DNA from: a virus | IMG/VR virus record: IMGVR_UViG_3300025137_000023 | Coordinates: 19,291-83,290 of that record | DNA: 64,000 nt | Strand: one strand, 5' to 3' | In this document: piece after piece, positions 37,914 through 46,850 of the stretch | Numbering within the stretch: position 1 is the stretch's first letter | Layout of the letters: the number at the start of each line of letters is the position of its first letter | Made by a program: the position numbers and the translations under genes | Notes under the pieces: generated by a model | The model's input: only the letters and a program-made list of their open reading frames with translations | Told to the model about the DNA's origin: nothing | The model's database searches: none

Positions 37914-38606
37914 TTACCAAGTTGATACTAATACACGTTTCCAAATGTCAGCACTGCCGTCATGTGTTCCTGTGCAATAGTATATGTAACTTGAATCAAA
38001 GGCTACATCTCCATTAATATCACCTGCGGCTCCTTTAGCCGTTGCTGGTGTATATGTTGTAGAAACATTTATTCTGTCGCCTGATGCCGTTAATTTTGTT
38101 CCAAAGATCCCACGCCATACGTTTGCCGCTGATCCTAAATCTTTTGTGTTTGTTGCATTACTTAAAATGTGACCTGAAACGTTAACTTCGCCACCACCTG
38201 GTACTAAATTAATGTCGTTTGCTGTCGCTGTCAATGTAGTTGTAGTACCGTTAATTACTAGGTCGCCCATAGTAACTGTTGTACCGTCATCAACTACAGA
38301 ACTTACTACTACATTACCACTTGCATCAAACTTTAAGATTGAATTGTCAGTGTGTGTAGTAAACTGTAAATTTTTGGAAGTGTCAACAATGATTGCACCT
38401 GTACCGTTCGGACTTAATGTAATATTTCCGTTAGTATCATCTGATCCAATAGTATTACCTGAAATGCTGATATTACTTAAACTTGATCCACCTAATTCTG
38501 TATAGACTTCAGTGAAGTTTTCGTTAATCTTATTAAAGGCAGTTCTTAAAGGATCACCTGCGCCATCATTTGCACTGCTTCCAATGTTAATTGCTTGTTT
38601 CGCCAT
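37914..38606 (-). CDS. Short fibre / baseplate protein
   Basis: INIGSSANDGAGDPLRTAFNKIN N-terminus. Confidence 0.75.
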   Translation of the reverse strand: MAKQAINIGSSANDGAGDPLRTAFNKINENFTEVYTELGGSSLSNISISGNTIGSDDTNGNITLSPNGTGAIIVDTSKNLQFTTHTDNSILKFDASGNVVVSSVVDDGTTVTMGDLVINGTTTTLTATANDINLVPGGGEVNVSGHILSNATNTKDLGSAANVWRGIFGTKLTASGDRINVSTTYTPATAKGAAGDINGDVAFDSSYIYYCTGTHDGSADIWKRVLVSTW

Positions 38607-38645
38607 TGTTATAACTCCTGCAGATTATATAATTTTGTCTACAAG

Positions 38646-38692
38646 TATTTATCCATCTTATTCAATAGCCGAATGCTAATAACGAATAAATA
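38646..38692. promoter_or_regulatory. Divergent late promoters
   Basis: TAAATA on minus (38646-38651) and on plus (38687-38692). Confidence 0.65.
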
Positions 38693-38697
38693 CTTGT

Positions 38698-38976
38698 ATG
38701 TATTTAGGTTATACATTTATTAAACAGTGGCATCAACGACAGCAGAAATCAGTCAAACGTAATCTTCAAGTTTACGCCTTAATGTGTGATAATTGTTTCA
38801 ACCTTTTCTTAAGAAGTTCAAAAAACATTAGCAAAAGTCGATTAAACAGATGGGTTAATCATTACTGCGGATCCTGTGGAGACGTTTATAAACTTGCACA
38901 AAAAGATAGTGCATTACGAAAGAGGACATTAAAATATGACGCGAGTTCAACAATGCCTATTAATCGTTTGCGTTAG
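38698..38976 (+). CDS. Zinc-ribbon protein
   Basis: CDNC...CGSC. Confidence 0.6.
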   Translation: MYLGYTFIKQWHQRQQKSVKRNLQVYALMCDNCFNLFLRSSKNISKSRLNRWVNHYCGSCGDVYKLAQKDSALRKRTLKYDASSTMPINRLR

Positions 38977-40027
38977 TTTCTTTACATTTTGTGGCTGGAC
39001 TTCAGTTGCAAATAGTAGTTTACCAAACATTGAAAATAATTTACATTCAACTGTTTTAGTTGCTACTAAAAATGTAACACCGAGACTGGACGAAACTACA
39101 CATAATATGGCTCCGGTTCCAGCACCGGATATTACGAATCCTGGAATGGGAACAGGTATTATTATGACTGATAAAGGTCATATTATTACTAACTACCATG
39201 TTGTTGAAAAGGGCAATACAATTTCTGTATGGATGTATGAAGATGAAACTATGACAGAATATGATGCAACTATCGTGGGCTTCGATAAACTGTCTGATAT
39301 AGCAGTTATTAAAATTGATTTACCAAAAGATTACAATTTTAAAAAAGTAGAATGGGGAAGATCACCTGATTATGGTGATGATATCTATGTAATAGGGCAT
39401 CCACAAGGAATGATATGGAGTGTGAGTAAAGGAGTTGTTAGTCATCCTAAAAGATTTGTAACATCACCTTGGCAAACACTTATTCAATCTGATGCTTTAA
39501 TAATGCCTGGTAATAGTGGCGGTCCACTCTTTGACCACCATGGTGATTTAGTAGGTATAAACACTCTTATGATTTTGAGTCGTGATCCAACTGCCAAGAC
39601 CCAAGCATGGGCAATGAGTATTCATTTAGATGATGTGAGATGGGTTTACGACAGAATAATTGAGTACGGTAGAGTACGAAGACCTGCTTTAAACATCGAA
39701 GTTGATTTCGACGTTGAGAATAAGTTGGTAAAAATAAAGGCTGGACCGGACACCGCATTAGGAAAGTTAGGAATGAAAGAATCTTATCTTTTAGAAATTG
39801 ACGGAATAGAGGTCAAAGAATATGGCGACATCTTTAATTACTTAAGAAGTAAATTAGATGGGGATACTGCTATTATTAAGGTTAAAGAGTTAGAATCAGG
39901 AGAGGTTAAGTCGCTAACATTCAAATTAGCGGATTGGGAGGCTTTACAGTCTAATAAGGAAAAAGATAAAGTGTTGGAGAAAGAAGAGGAACTAGAAATA
40001 CCACATGGTATTCCTTCGCCTAAGTAG
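38936..40027 (+). CDS. HtrA/DegP-like serine protease with PDZ-like domain
   Basis: Signal peptide; TNYHV, SDIAV and PGNSGGPL catalytic triad motifs. Confidence 0.88.
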   Translation: MTRVQQCLLIVCVSFFTFCGWTSVANSSLPNIENNLHSTVLVATKNVTPRLDETTHNMAPVPAPDITNPGMGTGIIMTDKGHIITNYHVVEKGNTISVWMYEDETMTEYDATIVGFDKLSDIAVIKIDLPKDYNFKKVEWGRSPDYGDDIYVIGHPQGMIWSVSKGVVSHPKRFVTSPWQTLIQSDALIMPGNSGGPLFDHHGDLVGINTLMILSRDPTAKTQAWAMSIHLDDVRWVYDRIIEYGRVRRPALNIEVDFDVENKLVKIKAGPDTALGKLGMKESYLLEIDGIEVKEYGDIFNYLRSKLDGDTAIIKVKELESGEVKSLTFKLADWEALQSNKEKDKVLEKEEELEIPHGIPSPK

Positions 40028-40030
40028 AAT

Positions 40031-40366
40031 TTAAAATCCTACAGATTCTCCACAACCACAAGAACTAGTGGCTTGGGGGTTTTCGATTACAATTTGAGAG
40101 CCTCCAAAGTCTTCTTTGAAGTCTATTACACAACCCATAAGATAAAATAAACTTACACCATCAATAATTAAATTTTTAACTTCATTTAATTTTATTAAGT
40201 GATCTTTAGGATTGATTTCTTCTGTTTTGATTGTAGACCAGTCGTATTTGAATCCTGCACAACCTCCACCTTTAACTCCAAAGTGTACATTCGTGGCATC
40301 ATTCTTATCAGCCATTGTAATTAAATAATCTTTAGCGGAATCTGTGATAGTCGGTAACATATTCAT
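40031..40366 (-). CDS. iscA: A-type Fe-S carrier (IscA/SufA/HesB)
   Basis: GGGCAGFKY and CGCGES motifs. Confidence 0.88.
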   Translation of the reverse strand: MNMLPTITDSAKDYLITMADKNDATNVHFGVKGGGCAGFKYDWSTIKTEEINPKDHLIKLNEVKNLIIDGVSLFYLMGCVIDFKEDFGGSQIVIENPQATSSCGCGESVGF

Positions 40367-40760
40367 CTTCTCCTGTGTCTCCGTCTAGGTTAAGTGTCAT
40401 TTGTGCTAGTTCACTCATTTGTGATGGGCTAAACGTAGGTTCAAATGTCATCTCAACTTCTACTTCGTTAATACCAGGTACTTTTAATAATGCTTCTTTT
40501 GTCCATATTGGCATTTCGCCTGCTACTGGACAAAAAGGACTTGTAAGTGTCATAAGTGTAATACATTTACCATCTATAACATCACAATGATATATTAATC
40601 CTAGCTCAAATATATTTATACTGATTTCGGGATCGTATACTTCGCGAAGTTCTTTTTTTATGTCTTCTTGTTTTACGTTTTTATCTTGAATTTCTAGATT
40701 AAAACTTCCGTCTTCAGACGCACTACGGTTAAAATCTTTTACTGCAATAGTACTGCTCAT
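40332..40760 (-). CDS. DUF59/SufT (MIP18-like) Fe-S assembly factor
   Basis: VYDPEISINIFELGLIY and TLTSPFCP motifs. Confidence 0.85.
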   Translation of the reverse strand: MSSTIAVKDFNRSASEDGSFNLEIQDKNVKQEDIKKELREVYDPEISINIFELGLIYHCDVIDGKCITLMTLTSPFCPVAGEMPIWTKEALLKVPGINEVEVEMTFEPTFSPSQMSELAQMTLNLDGDTGEDEYVTDYHRFR

Positions 40761-40866
40761 ATTTTATAGTTGGCCCTTATAAGGTGTTCCGCAGGCACTC
40801 ATAAAGCGGTGCCTGAGGAATTATTGTTGAAATTAAACTTGCCTTGTATTAGGCGTTGGCGAGATG

Positions 40867-41028
40867 CTAACCTTTTTTATAGATTTGCCATGCTCCGTAA
40901 CCTATGGCTACATAAGCCGCCAATTTAGCAAAAGGTCCAGCAATTAGAACTATTACTCCAATAGCGACTAGAGCCGCTCCAGAGTGAGACGTTCTTTCTT
41001 TTACTCTCTCTTTTATCCAATTTGTCAT
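40867..41028 (-). CDS. Small membrane protein
   Basis: Hand-translated 53 aa MTNWIKERVKERTSHSGAALVAIG...; AAGGAG RBS. Confidence 0.6.
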   Translation of the reverse strand: MTNWIKERVKERTSHSGAALVAIGVIVLIAGPFAKLAAYVAIGYGAWQIYKKG

Positions 41029-41059
41029 TTATTTGTCTCCTTATTAAATGGTATCACTA

Positions 41060-41293
41060 TTACTTTCTAGTAAAAATGTGATACAACACCCAAATTGCTA
41101 CTAAACCTACTAAACCATTTGCTGAAAAACCAGCAATGATATTTTGTATATTTGCAATAACTCCGATGTTTGGCCAGAACGGTATGTTCTGTCCGTTAAA
41201 AAGTACTTCTAGTACGACTCCTACAGATATTAAACTAATACCTGCTTCTGTTAGAGCGCCTGCCCATCCTTTTACTTTGTTAAGTATGTCCAT
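41060..41293 (-). CDS. Small membrane protein
   Basis: Two TM helices; GGAG RBS. Confidence 0.6.
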   Translation of the reverse strand: MDILNKVKGWAGALTEAGISLISVGVVLEVLFNGQNIPFWPNIGVIANIQNIIAGFSANGLVGLVAIWVLYHIFTRK

Positions 41294-41308
41294 ATTTGAC
41301 TCCTTTTG

Positions 41309-41530
41309 TTATTTGTGTCGATAACTGATTCGTCCTTTATGCATATCATAAGGACTCAGTTCTATGTCAACTCTGTCTCCCAACAATACTTTAATATTGT
41401 TTTTTCGCATTTTCCCGTTAAGGTGTGCGACAATGGAAACGTTATGTCCGTCGACTTTTACTTTGAAGAGAGTGTTTGGCAATAGTTGTTCAACTACACC
41501 CTCCACTTTGATTGTGCTATCTTTTGCCAT
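41309..41530 (-). CDS. infA: Translation initiation factor IF-1
   Basis: EGVV..LLPN..F.V, GKMR and GDRV..ELSPYD..KGRI.YR motifs. Confidence 0.93.
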   Translation of the reverse strand: MAKDSTIKVEGVVEQLLPNTLFKVKVDGHNVSIVAHLNGKMRKNNIKVLLGDRVDIELSPYDMHKGRISYRHK

Positions 41531-41547
41531 GTGTAGTATTTATCGGT

Positions 41548-41985
41548 TTAACGCCTCATTCTTGCCAATTCCTTGGCATCTTCGTCGCTAAATACGGGCA
41601 CTAGATTGCTTTTGTGCATAGTTGCTATGCCTAACAAACGTCTTTCACCACTATATTGCATAGGTTTTCTTGCCTTGCATGGTGCAAACGTTTTTTCTGA
41701 AATAACACTAGGATAATCTGCAATAGTTTCTCTTTTATAGTCTCCTGCAGACTCGTGCCATGGTGTATTCAAAACTGGTTGTGTTTTTGGTTTATAGTTA
41801 CCTTGTGTGTAATCTGTGTATTCTTTTAAATTCATTACTAAATTAGGACACCCAAGTTTTTTCATATACTTGTTGTGTTCTCGCATTTGTACTTCAAGTT
41901 TTGAAATCTTACTTTCGGTAAGTTTTTTCTTTTTTCTTTTTTTAGTATTTAGAGTTGTAAGTCCTCTATCTAAATGCATTGTCAT
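41548..41985 (-). CDS. Conserved myophage hypothetical protein
   Basis: GIATMHKSNLVPVF motif. Confidence 0.65.
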   Translation of the reverse strand: MTMHLDRGLTTLNTKKRKKKKLTESKISKLEVQMREHNKYMKKLGCPNLVMNLKEYTDYTQGNYKPKTQPVLNTPWHESAGDYKRETIADYPSVISEKTFAPCKARKPMQYSGERRLLGIATMHKSNLVPVFSDEDAKELARMRR

Positions 41986-42998
41986 TTGGCGTTCCTGTTT
42001 GTTGCTTTAAGTTTATCGATACAAAATTTGTTACATATTACAGATTGTCTATTGTCTATAATATCTGATAGTCTCTTATTATACCATGAATTTGATAAAA
42101 TGTCAAGTAACTTGTGGTTGTATATGTTATTTTCTTGTGGATTAAATCCTGGCAAATCCATAGGTTCTGCACCGGCTTCAGGAGCCCTAGCGGCTGTCCA
42201 ACAACAGGGCCATATAGTTCCCCAAGGATCTACTTGTATTCTCATATCGTCATACCATGCACAAGGAGTATCAAAATTTGCTTTCTCTGGTACAGGGTAA
42301 TTTTTATATGTATTTTTCTTAAATTCTACTAACTTTGATTTAAAGTTTCTAACTTTTTTATGTGTAACTTGATAACTTTTATCTTGTACTGTTAGTGTTT
42401 TGTTTCTATCAAAACTGGGTCTAATATAATGTGTATAAGCACCTAATTCTTTTGCTAGTTCGGTAATTTTATCTAGTTGTTCTAAGTTATGATCAAATGC
42501 AGTTGTAATAACTTCAGCAACTCCGCCGGCATTAGTAAATGCTTTAATATTTTCGCATATCTTTTTAAAACTTGTATTACGTCTATATAAATGATGTGTA
42601 TCCTCTAAACCATCAATAGCAAATTCAATCTTATGTGAATGTGCTTGTTGTAATACACTAGAAAGTTCTATCCACCAATTTTTATCTCGCATACTACCAT
42701 TTGTAGCAATACCAATAGATGTTTTAGGATGATTGTTTACAATACTTTTACAGATGGAAATAAAGTCAGGGTGCATACAAGCATCTCCCCAAACTCCGTT
42801 GAAATGAACTTTTTTAAATAAAAATCCTTTAGTATCCTCGGACATAACTCTGTCCCATATTTTAGGATCTAAATGATTTAGTTTTAAACTTGGGATCGTG
42901 TCCCCGCCGTCTATGTTTCTTACACAACTAACACACTTGGCGTTACAATAACTAGTAGGATCTACTTGTATAAATTGAACACGTTCTGACCATTGCAT
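41982..42998 (-). CDS. Radical SAM protein with SPASM/twitch domain
   Basis: CNAKCVSC, TNG and IDG motifs; C-terminal C...PCC...C..C. Confidence 0.85.
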   Translation of the reverse strand: MQWSERVQFIQVDPTSYCNAKCVSCVRNIDGGDTIPSLKLNHLDPKIWDRVMSEDTKGFLFKKVHFNGVWGDACMHPDFISICKSIVNNHPKTSIGIATNGSMRDKNWWIELSSVLQQAHSHKIEFAIDGLEDTHHLYRRNTSFKKICENIKAFTNAGGVAEVITTAFDHNLEQLDKITELAKELGAYTHYIRPSFDRNKTLTVQDKSYQVTHKKVRNFKSKLVEFKKNTYKNYPVPEKANFDTPCAWYDDMRIQVDPWGTIWPCCWTAARAPEAGAEPMDLPGFNPQENNIYNHKLLDILSNSWYNKRLSDIIDNRQSVICNKFCIDKLKATNRNAK

Positions 42999-43285
42999 TA
43001 CTCAACTTCGGCCCACTCTTTTTCTTCCTGTTCTTTGTTAGAGTCTTTACCTAATTCTTTTATTTTCTTCACATCACCTGATCCTAGAGCTCTAAAGAAT
43101 TGCCCTATTGCAGTAGTTGTGGGATCGTATTTGTTAGGTATCGAACAACCAACTAGTGCTACAAGTATTAATACTACTACAACACCTTTAAAGAAAGAAA
43201 CCCACATAAAACCATAATTTGTCATTCCGAATGCGTCTTGCATTCTTGCTATGTGTTTTTTATGCCATTCGATAAATTTCTTCAT
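42998..43285 (-). CDS. Putative lipoprotein
   Basis: LVGC lipobox after a hydrophobic stretch. Confidence 0.5.
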   Translation of the reverse strand: MKKFIEWHKKHIARMQDAFGMTNYGFMWVSFFKGVVVVLILVALVGCSIPNKYDPTTTAIGQFFRALGSGDVKKIKELGKDSNKEQEEKEWAEVE

Positions 43286-43287
43286 AA

Positions 43288-43476
43288 TTACTCAATCGGT
43301 TTTTTAATCGTTTCTGCACCTGATCGAATCTTTGCCGCAAACTCAGGATCATTCTCTAGATCCTTTCTCATACGTTTAGCCATTTTATAAGCCTTTCGAG
43401 CATTTTCTCTTCTTACTGCTCTACTTTCGTTATTTTCGGCTTTCGACTGCATAAAGTCGCCTACTTTATTGAACAT
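43288..43476 (-). CDS. Hypothetical protein
   Basis: Short ORF coupled within the operon. Confidence 0.5.
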   Translation of the reverse strand: MFNKVGDFMQSKAENNESRAVRRENARKAYKMAKRMRKDLENDPEFAAKIRSGAETIKKPIE

Positions 43477-43477
43477 A

Positions 43478-43714
43478 TTATCTAACCTTTACTTTGACTT
43501 CTTCTTCTTCAGATTTTACAGGTTCTTGTTGATGTGACTGAATTACTAAATCTAACAATTCTGACGTATCATGCTTTTGAGTGTCTAACTGTTCTATTGC
43601 GTCACCAACATCTTTAGCAACACCAGTTCTAATCATTCTTGCCACAACAAGGATCAGCTCGTTTTTACTGTATCCAGTAGTATTTATAGTATCTTGTGTG
43701 AAAACTCTTCCCAT
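43478..43714 (-). CDS. Hypothetical protein
   Basis: 78 aa; TTGACA-16 bp-TATAAT upstream (43750-43777). Confidence 0.55.
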   Translation of the reverse strand: MGRVFTQDTINTTGYSKNELILVVARMIRTGVAKDVGDAIEQLDTQKHDTSELLDLVIQSHQQEPVKSEEEEVKVKVR

Positions 43715-43787
43715 ATTATGCCTTTCAAGTTAAATTGTTATTATAGTTCATTATAGCACTTTTAAACTTAATGTCAAGCACTTATTT

Positions 43788-43861
43788 TGGCTGGGATACA
43801 AGGATTCGAACCTCGATTGACTGGATCAAAACCAGTTGTCCTACCATTAGACGATATCCCA
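43788..43861 (-). tRNA. tRNA-Gln(UUG)
   Basis: Cloverleaf: TGGGATA/TATCCCA acceptor, ACTGG-TTTTGAT-CCAGT anticodon arm, encoded CCA. Confidence 0.93.
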
Positions 43862-43882
43862 ACGTTTTTGTTAATTTCTGGG

Positions 43883-43968
43883 TGGTGCGAATGGAGGGAC
43901 TCGAACCCACACACCTTAAAGATAACGGATTTTAAGTCCGTTGCGTCTACCTATTCCGCCACACTCGC
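43883..43968 (-). tRNA. tRNA-Leu(UAA)
   Basis: GCGAGTG/CATTCGC acceptor, ACGGA-CTTAAAA-TCCGT anticodon arm, long variable arm, ACCA end. Confidence 0.93.
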
Positions 43969-43970
43969 TT

Positions 43971-44171
43971 CTACTCACCCAAATTAGGTTTTTTTCTTAA
44001 ATCGCTAACTCGTTCTTTCATCCAACCAATAGCAGTATGTATGTGTCCAGTATCATGTGGTTCTAAACACGACTTCGCATATGCTATTTCTTCTTTTAAA
44101 ATACGAATTTTTGTTGTAGTATCTAATATATTAGTAGATAGGTCTAGTTCTAATTGTTTTGCTTTTTCCAT
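43971..44171 (-). CDS. Hypothetical protein between tRNAs
   Basis: 66 aa; GGAGA RBS. Confidence 0.6.
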   Translation of the reverse strand: MEKAKQLELDLSTNILDTTTKIRILKEEIAYAKSCLEPHDTGHIHTAIGWMKERVSDLRKKPNLGE

Positions 44172-44183
44172 AATGTTCTCCGT

Positions 44184-44269
44184 TGGCAGAGGTGAAAGGA
44201 TTCGAACCTATTTGACTTTACGCCCTGGTTTTGGAGACCAGTGTGCCACTCCAACTGCACCGCACCCCC
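44184..44269 (-). tRNA. tRNA-Trp(CCA), atypical (13-nt variable arm)
   Basis: GGGGGTG/CACCTCT acceptor, CTGGT-CTCCAAA-ACCAG anticodon arm, TTCGAAT loop, GCCA end. Confidence 0.8.
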
Positions 44270-44328
44270 TCATTTGCAACGTTTATAATTTAATGTAGCA
44301 AAGAAAGTGCCGTTTGTCAACTGTTTTT

Positions 44329-44967
44329 TTACTCTAATGGTAAAATAAATTCACCCTTGTTGTGTTTATCCACTACATCGTTATATGTTTCTCCGTTTGT
44401 TCGAAAACGTAAAACAACTCTATAATCTTTCATTTCTTCAACACTGTGAATTGCTTTGCCTGTAACTAGTGTTGGATGTTCTGTACTGTAGTAAACTTTG
44501 TAAATTTCTTTTCCTGGGTTTCTGAAGTCGTCACCTTCTAAAAATGTTAATGGTTCTCCTCCATCTTTAGGAATGATAGGTATCATAATACTTAATTCAA
44601 CTTCCTGGTCAATATGTGGTACAAATTCAAAGCCAGGTTCGTATGCTAATATCTGTACATCTGTTATTCCTAACGGAACTTTAAAATTAAACTGTTTAAT
44701 AAACTTTTGTATAATTGGATACTCAATTAACTCTTTACCTTCAAAATTAGGAGCATATATTTGTCTAAATTTATCAGTAAGTGTTTTACGATAAGGATTA
44801 TCCTTGTTATATTTTTTCTTAAATTCATTCCAAGGTAAATGACAACTATCATCGAATTGATTATAGAAATCTATAAGTTCGTTTCTATCCCAAACTACGT
44901 TTTCTAAAACACAATGGTATTCAGCACTTGATGTTCCACTATAAATTCTTAAATTGTCCATTCCCAA
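44329..44967 (-). CDS. 2OG-Fe(II)/cupin-like oxygenase
   Basis: FVPHID, IHSV and RVVLR motifs; paralog of 57002-57634. Confidence 0.55.
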   Translation of the reverse strand: MGMDNLRIYSGTSSAEYHCVLENVVWDRNELIDFYNQFDDSCHLPWNEFKKKYNKDNPYRKTLTDKFRQIYAPNFEGKELIEYPIIQKFIKQFNFKVPLGITDVQILAYEPGFEFVPHIDQEVELSIMIPIIPKDGGEPLTFLEGDDFRNPGKEIYKVYYSTEHPTLVTGKAIHSVEEMKDYRVVLRFRTNGETYNDVVDKHNKGEFILPLE

Positions 44968-45488
44968 TAAAGCCTTTCTTGTCCTCTGTTACCAACTGTT
45001 TCTTCTCTGGTTTCCCATATAGTTTTATATATGGTTCTAGGTCCATCTACGAATGTAAATCCGTACTCTTTTGCAAATTGAATTGCTTTCTTTTCATTCC
45101 ATGGATAATATAATTCATGTTTGTGTTCACACATTACTCTAAAAAATATATGTCCATTTGTTTTTGTTATACGTTTTACTTCGTCTAGTTGTTTTCTAAT
45201 TAATTCTTCACTACCAAAATTTATACTTCCTAAAGCAAGGCAAACATCAGCACTATCGTCATTAAATGGTAAGTCTTCAATTAAACCATTAATATCTGCT
45301 TCTTCAGTTGCAACATCTATGCCTACTAAATTGTCTATCCATTTTTTGTATAAATTTGCACCACAACCTAAGTCTATTACTGCTTGTGGCTTTAATGCAT
45401 TTATCTTATCAATCATAGGTGTAGCACAATCGGGCCATCTATGAATGTCTGTACTACCTTGTTGAAAGATATCTTTAAGTTGTTGCAT
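44949..45488 (-). CDS. Class I SAM-dependent methyltransferase
   Basis: VIDLGCG and LPFNDDSAD motifs. Confidence 0.8.
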   Translation of the reverse strand: MQQLKDIFQQGSTDIHRWPDCATPMIDKINALKPQAVIDLGCGANLYKKWIDNLVGIDVATEEADINGLIEDLPFNDDSADVCLALGSINFGSEELIRKQLDEVKRITKTNGHIFFRVMCEHKHELYYPWNEKKAIQFAKEYGFTFVDGPRTIYKTIWETREETVGNRGQERLYWEWTI

Positions 45489-46284
45489 TAGATAAGAATT
45501 CTTTGGTTTTTTCGGTTACAATACCTGTAATATTTAAAACGGGTCTTGGTTTATGTCCGTAATTACAAGTTCCATGTGGAACATCTCTCCAGGGCCATGT
45601 AATACAATCACCACGTTTCCATTTTATTAATAGATTACCTAATTGAAATATTTGTCCTTGATGCTGGTCATCTAAAAATATCATTGTTCTCATTACTTTA
45701 CGTTGATCCAAGTCTCCTTTATCAGCATTATCATATTCTTGTCTGGATTTTTTAAGTACTCCACCAAAATTATCTAAATGCCAATAAAAACATTGTCCAG
45801 GTTTTTGTACATCAAACTTTACTACACCGGGTTTTTCAAATCCAAATGCATCAACAATATATTGTAAACTATCTTTTAGTTTAGGGTGCAAGGTTCTGTT
45901 TGCGATAGTATATCCACCATCTATATCATACCCCCATTTTTTAAAATCATTTTCTTCCCAGTCGTTTGTTGTGTCTTTTCTTGTTTCTTTACGAAACTTA
46001 AAGTCTGCTGGTGTTGTTTCTTTGCTTAATTCTGCTACTGCTTCGTCCCAGTCCCCACCAAAATTTCCAACAGGTATTACTGGCGGACAATCTCCATCCA
46101 ATTCTGCAATATCATCTCTGGATTCATCGAAATGATATCGACTTGTTGCTTTACAAAAATCATATAAACTATTATAACCATCTTTACTTACAGGTGGCTT
46201 TGTTTTTAGTTTTTCCCACATTAATAATGGGTCTCTACTAAATTCTAAATCATAAAATTGCATTAATATTCTCCAAAGGCCCAA
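45475..46284 (-). CDS. 2OG-Fe(II) oxygenase-like protein
   Basis: QKPGQ...WHLD, PHGTCN and R..L.ITG motifs. Confidence 0.65.
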   Translation of the reverse strand: MGLWRILMQFYDLEFSRDPLLMWEKLKTKPPVSKDGYNSLYDFCKATSRYHFDESRDDIAELDGDCPPVIPVGNFGGDWDEAVAELSKETTPADFKFRKETRKDTTNDWEENDFKKWGYDIDGGYTIANRTLHPKLKDSLQYIVDAFGFEKPGVVKFDVQKPGQCFYWHLDNFGGVLKKSRQEYDNADKGDLDQRKVMRTMIFLDDQHQGQIFQLGNLLIKWKRGDCITWPWRDVPHGTCNYGHKPRPVLNITGIVTEKTKEFLSNATT

Positions 46285-46850
46285 TGCCTTTCTTTACACC
46301 ACCAACATTCTTTACAAGGTCTCGGTGGTTGTTTCGCTTCACAACTTATTGTTAAAGGAAATAAAGTTTTAAGTAGGTTATACTCTTTATATAGTTTTGC
46401 AATACCTTTTTTATTTAAGTCTGCTAAAGGTCTATACATGGTTATACCATTTTTAGTAGTTACTTCTTTTTCTAACTGCTGGTTGCGTGAATTATCTGAT
46501 CCCTCACCTATGTATTCGTCAGGGTTTCGAGTAAAGCCGTTTATAAAACAATCTAGTTTATGGTATTCAGCAAACTGTTTTCTTAACTTGTCTCTGTTTG
46601 CTTTGCCTTCGGCTCTATCTTTAAAAGTATATATTGCATATGCTTTAATGTTATTTAGTTTTAATTCATTTAGTATATTATTACAGTTTTCTAAATGATA
46701 CTGTCCATCATCTAATCTTGATCCAACATACAAATAAAATTCACTGTTAGGATGTGTTTTAGAAAGTTGATATAACATAAGTGTACTATCAGCACCACCA
46801 CTAAACAATACACCAATTCTTTTATGTTGTGGAATTATATTTGTTTCCAT
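46263..46850 (-). CDS. QueC-like PP-loop ATPase
   Basis: FSGGADS, RPL...K and SC...PCKECWWC.ER motifs. Confidence 0.75.
   Translation of the reverse strand: METNIIPQHKRIGVLFSGGADSTLMLYQLSKTHPNSEFYLYVGSRLDDGQYHLENCNNILNELKLNNIKAYAIYTFKDRAEGKANRDKLRKQFAEYHKLDCFINGFTRNPDEYIGEGSDNSRNQQLEKEVTTKNGITMYRPLADLNKKGIAKLYKEYNLLKTLFPLTISCEAKQPPRPCKECWWCKERHWAFGEY

Noticed and set aside
44208-44226. Intron in tRNA-Trp
   Set aside because: The extra bases are in the variable arm, the anticodon loop is an intact 7-mer, and the insert is far too short for a self-splicing intron.
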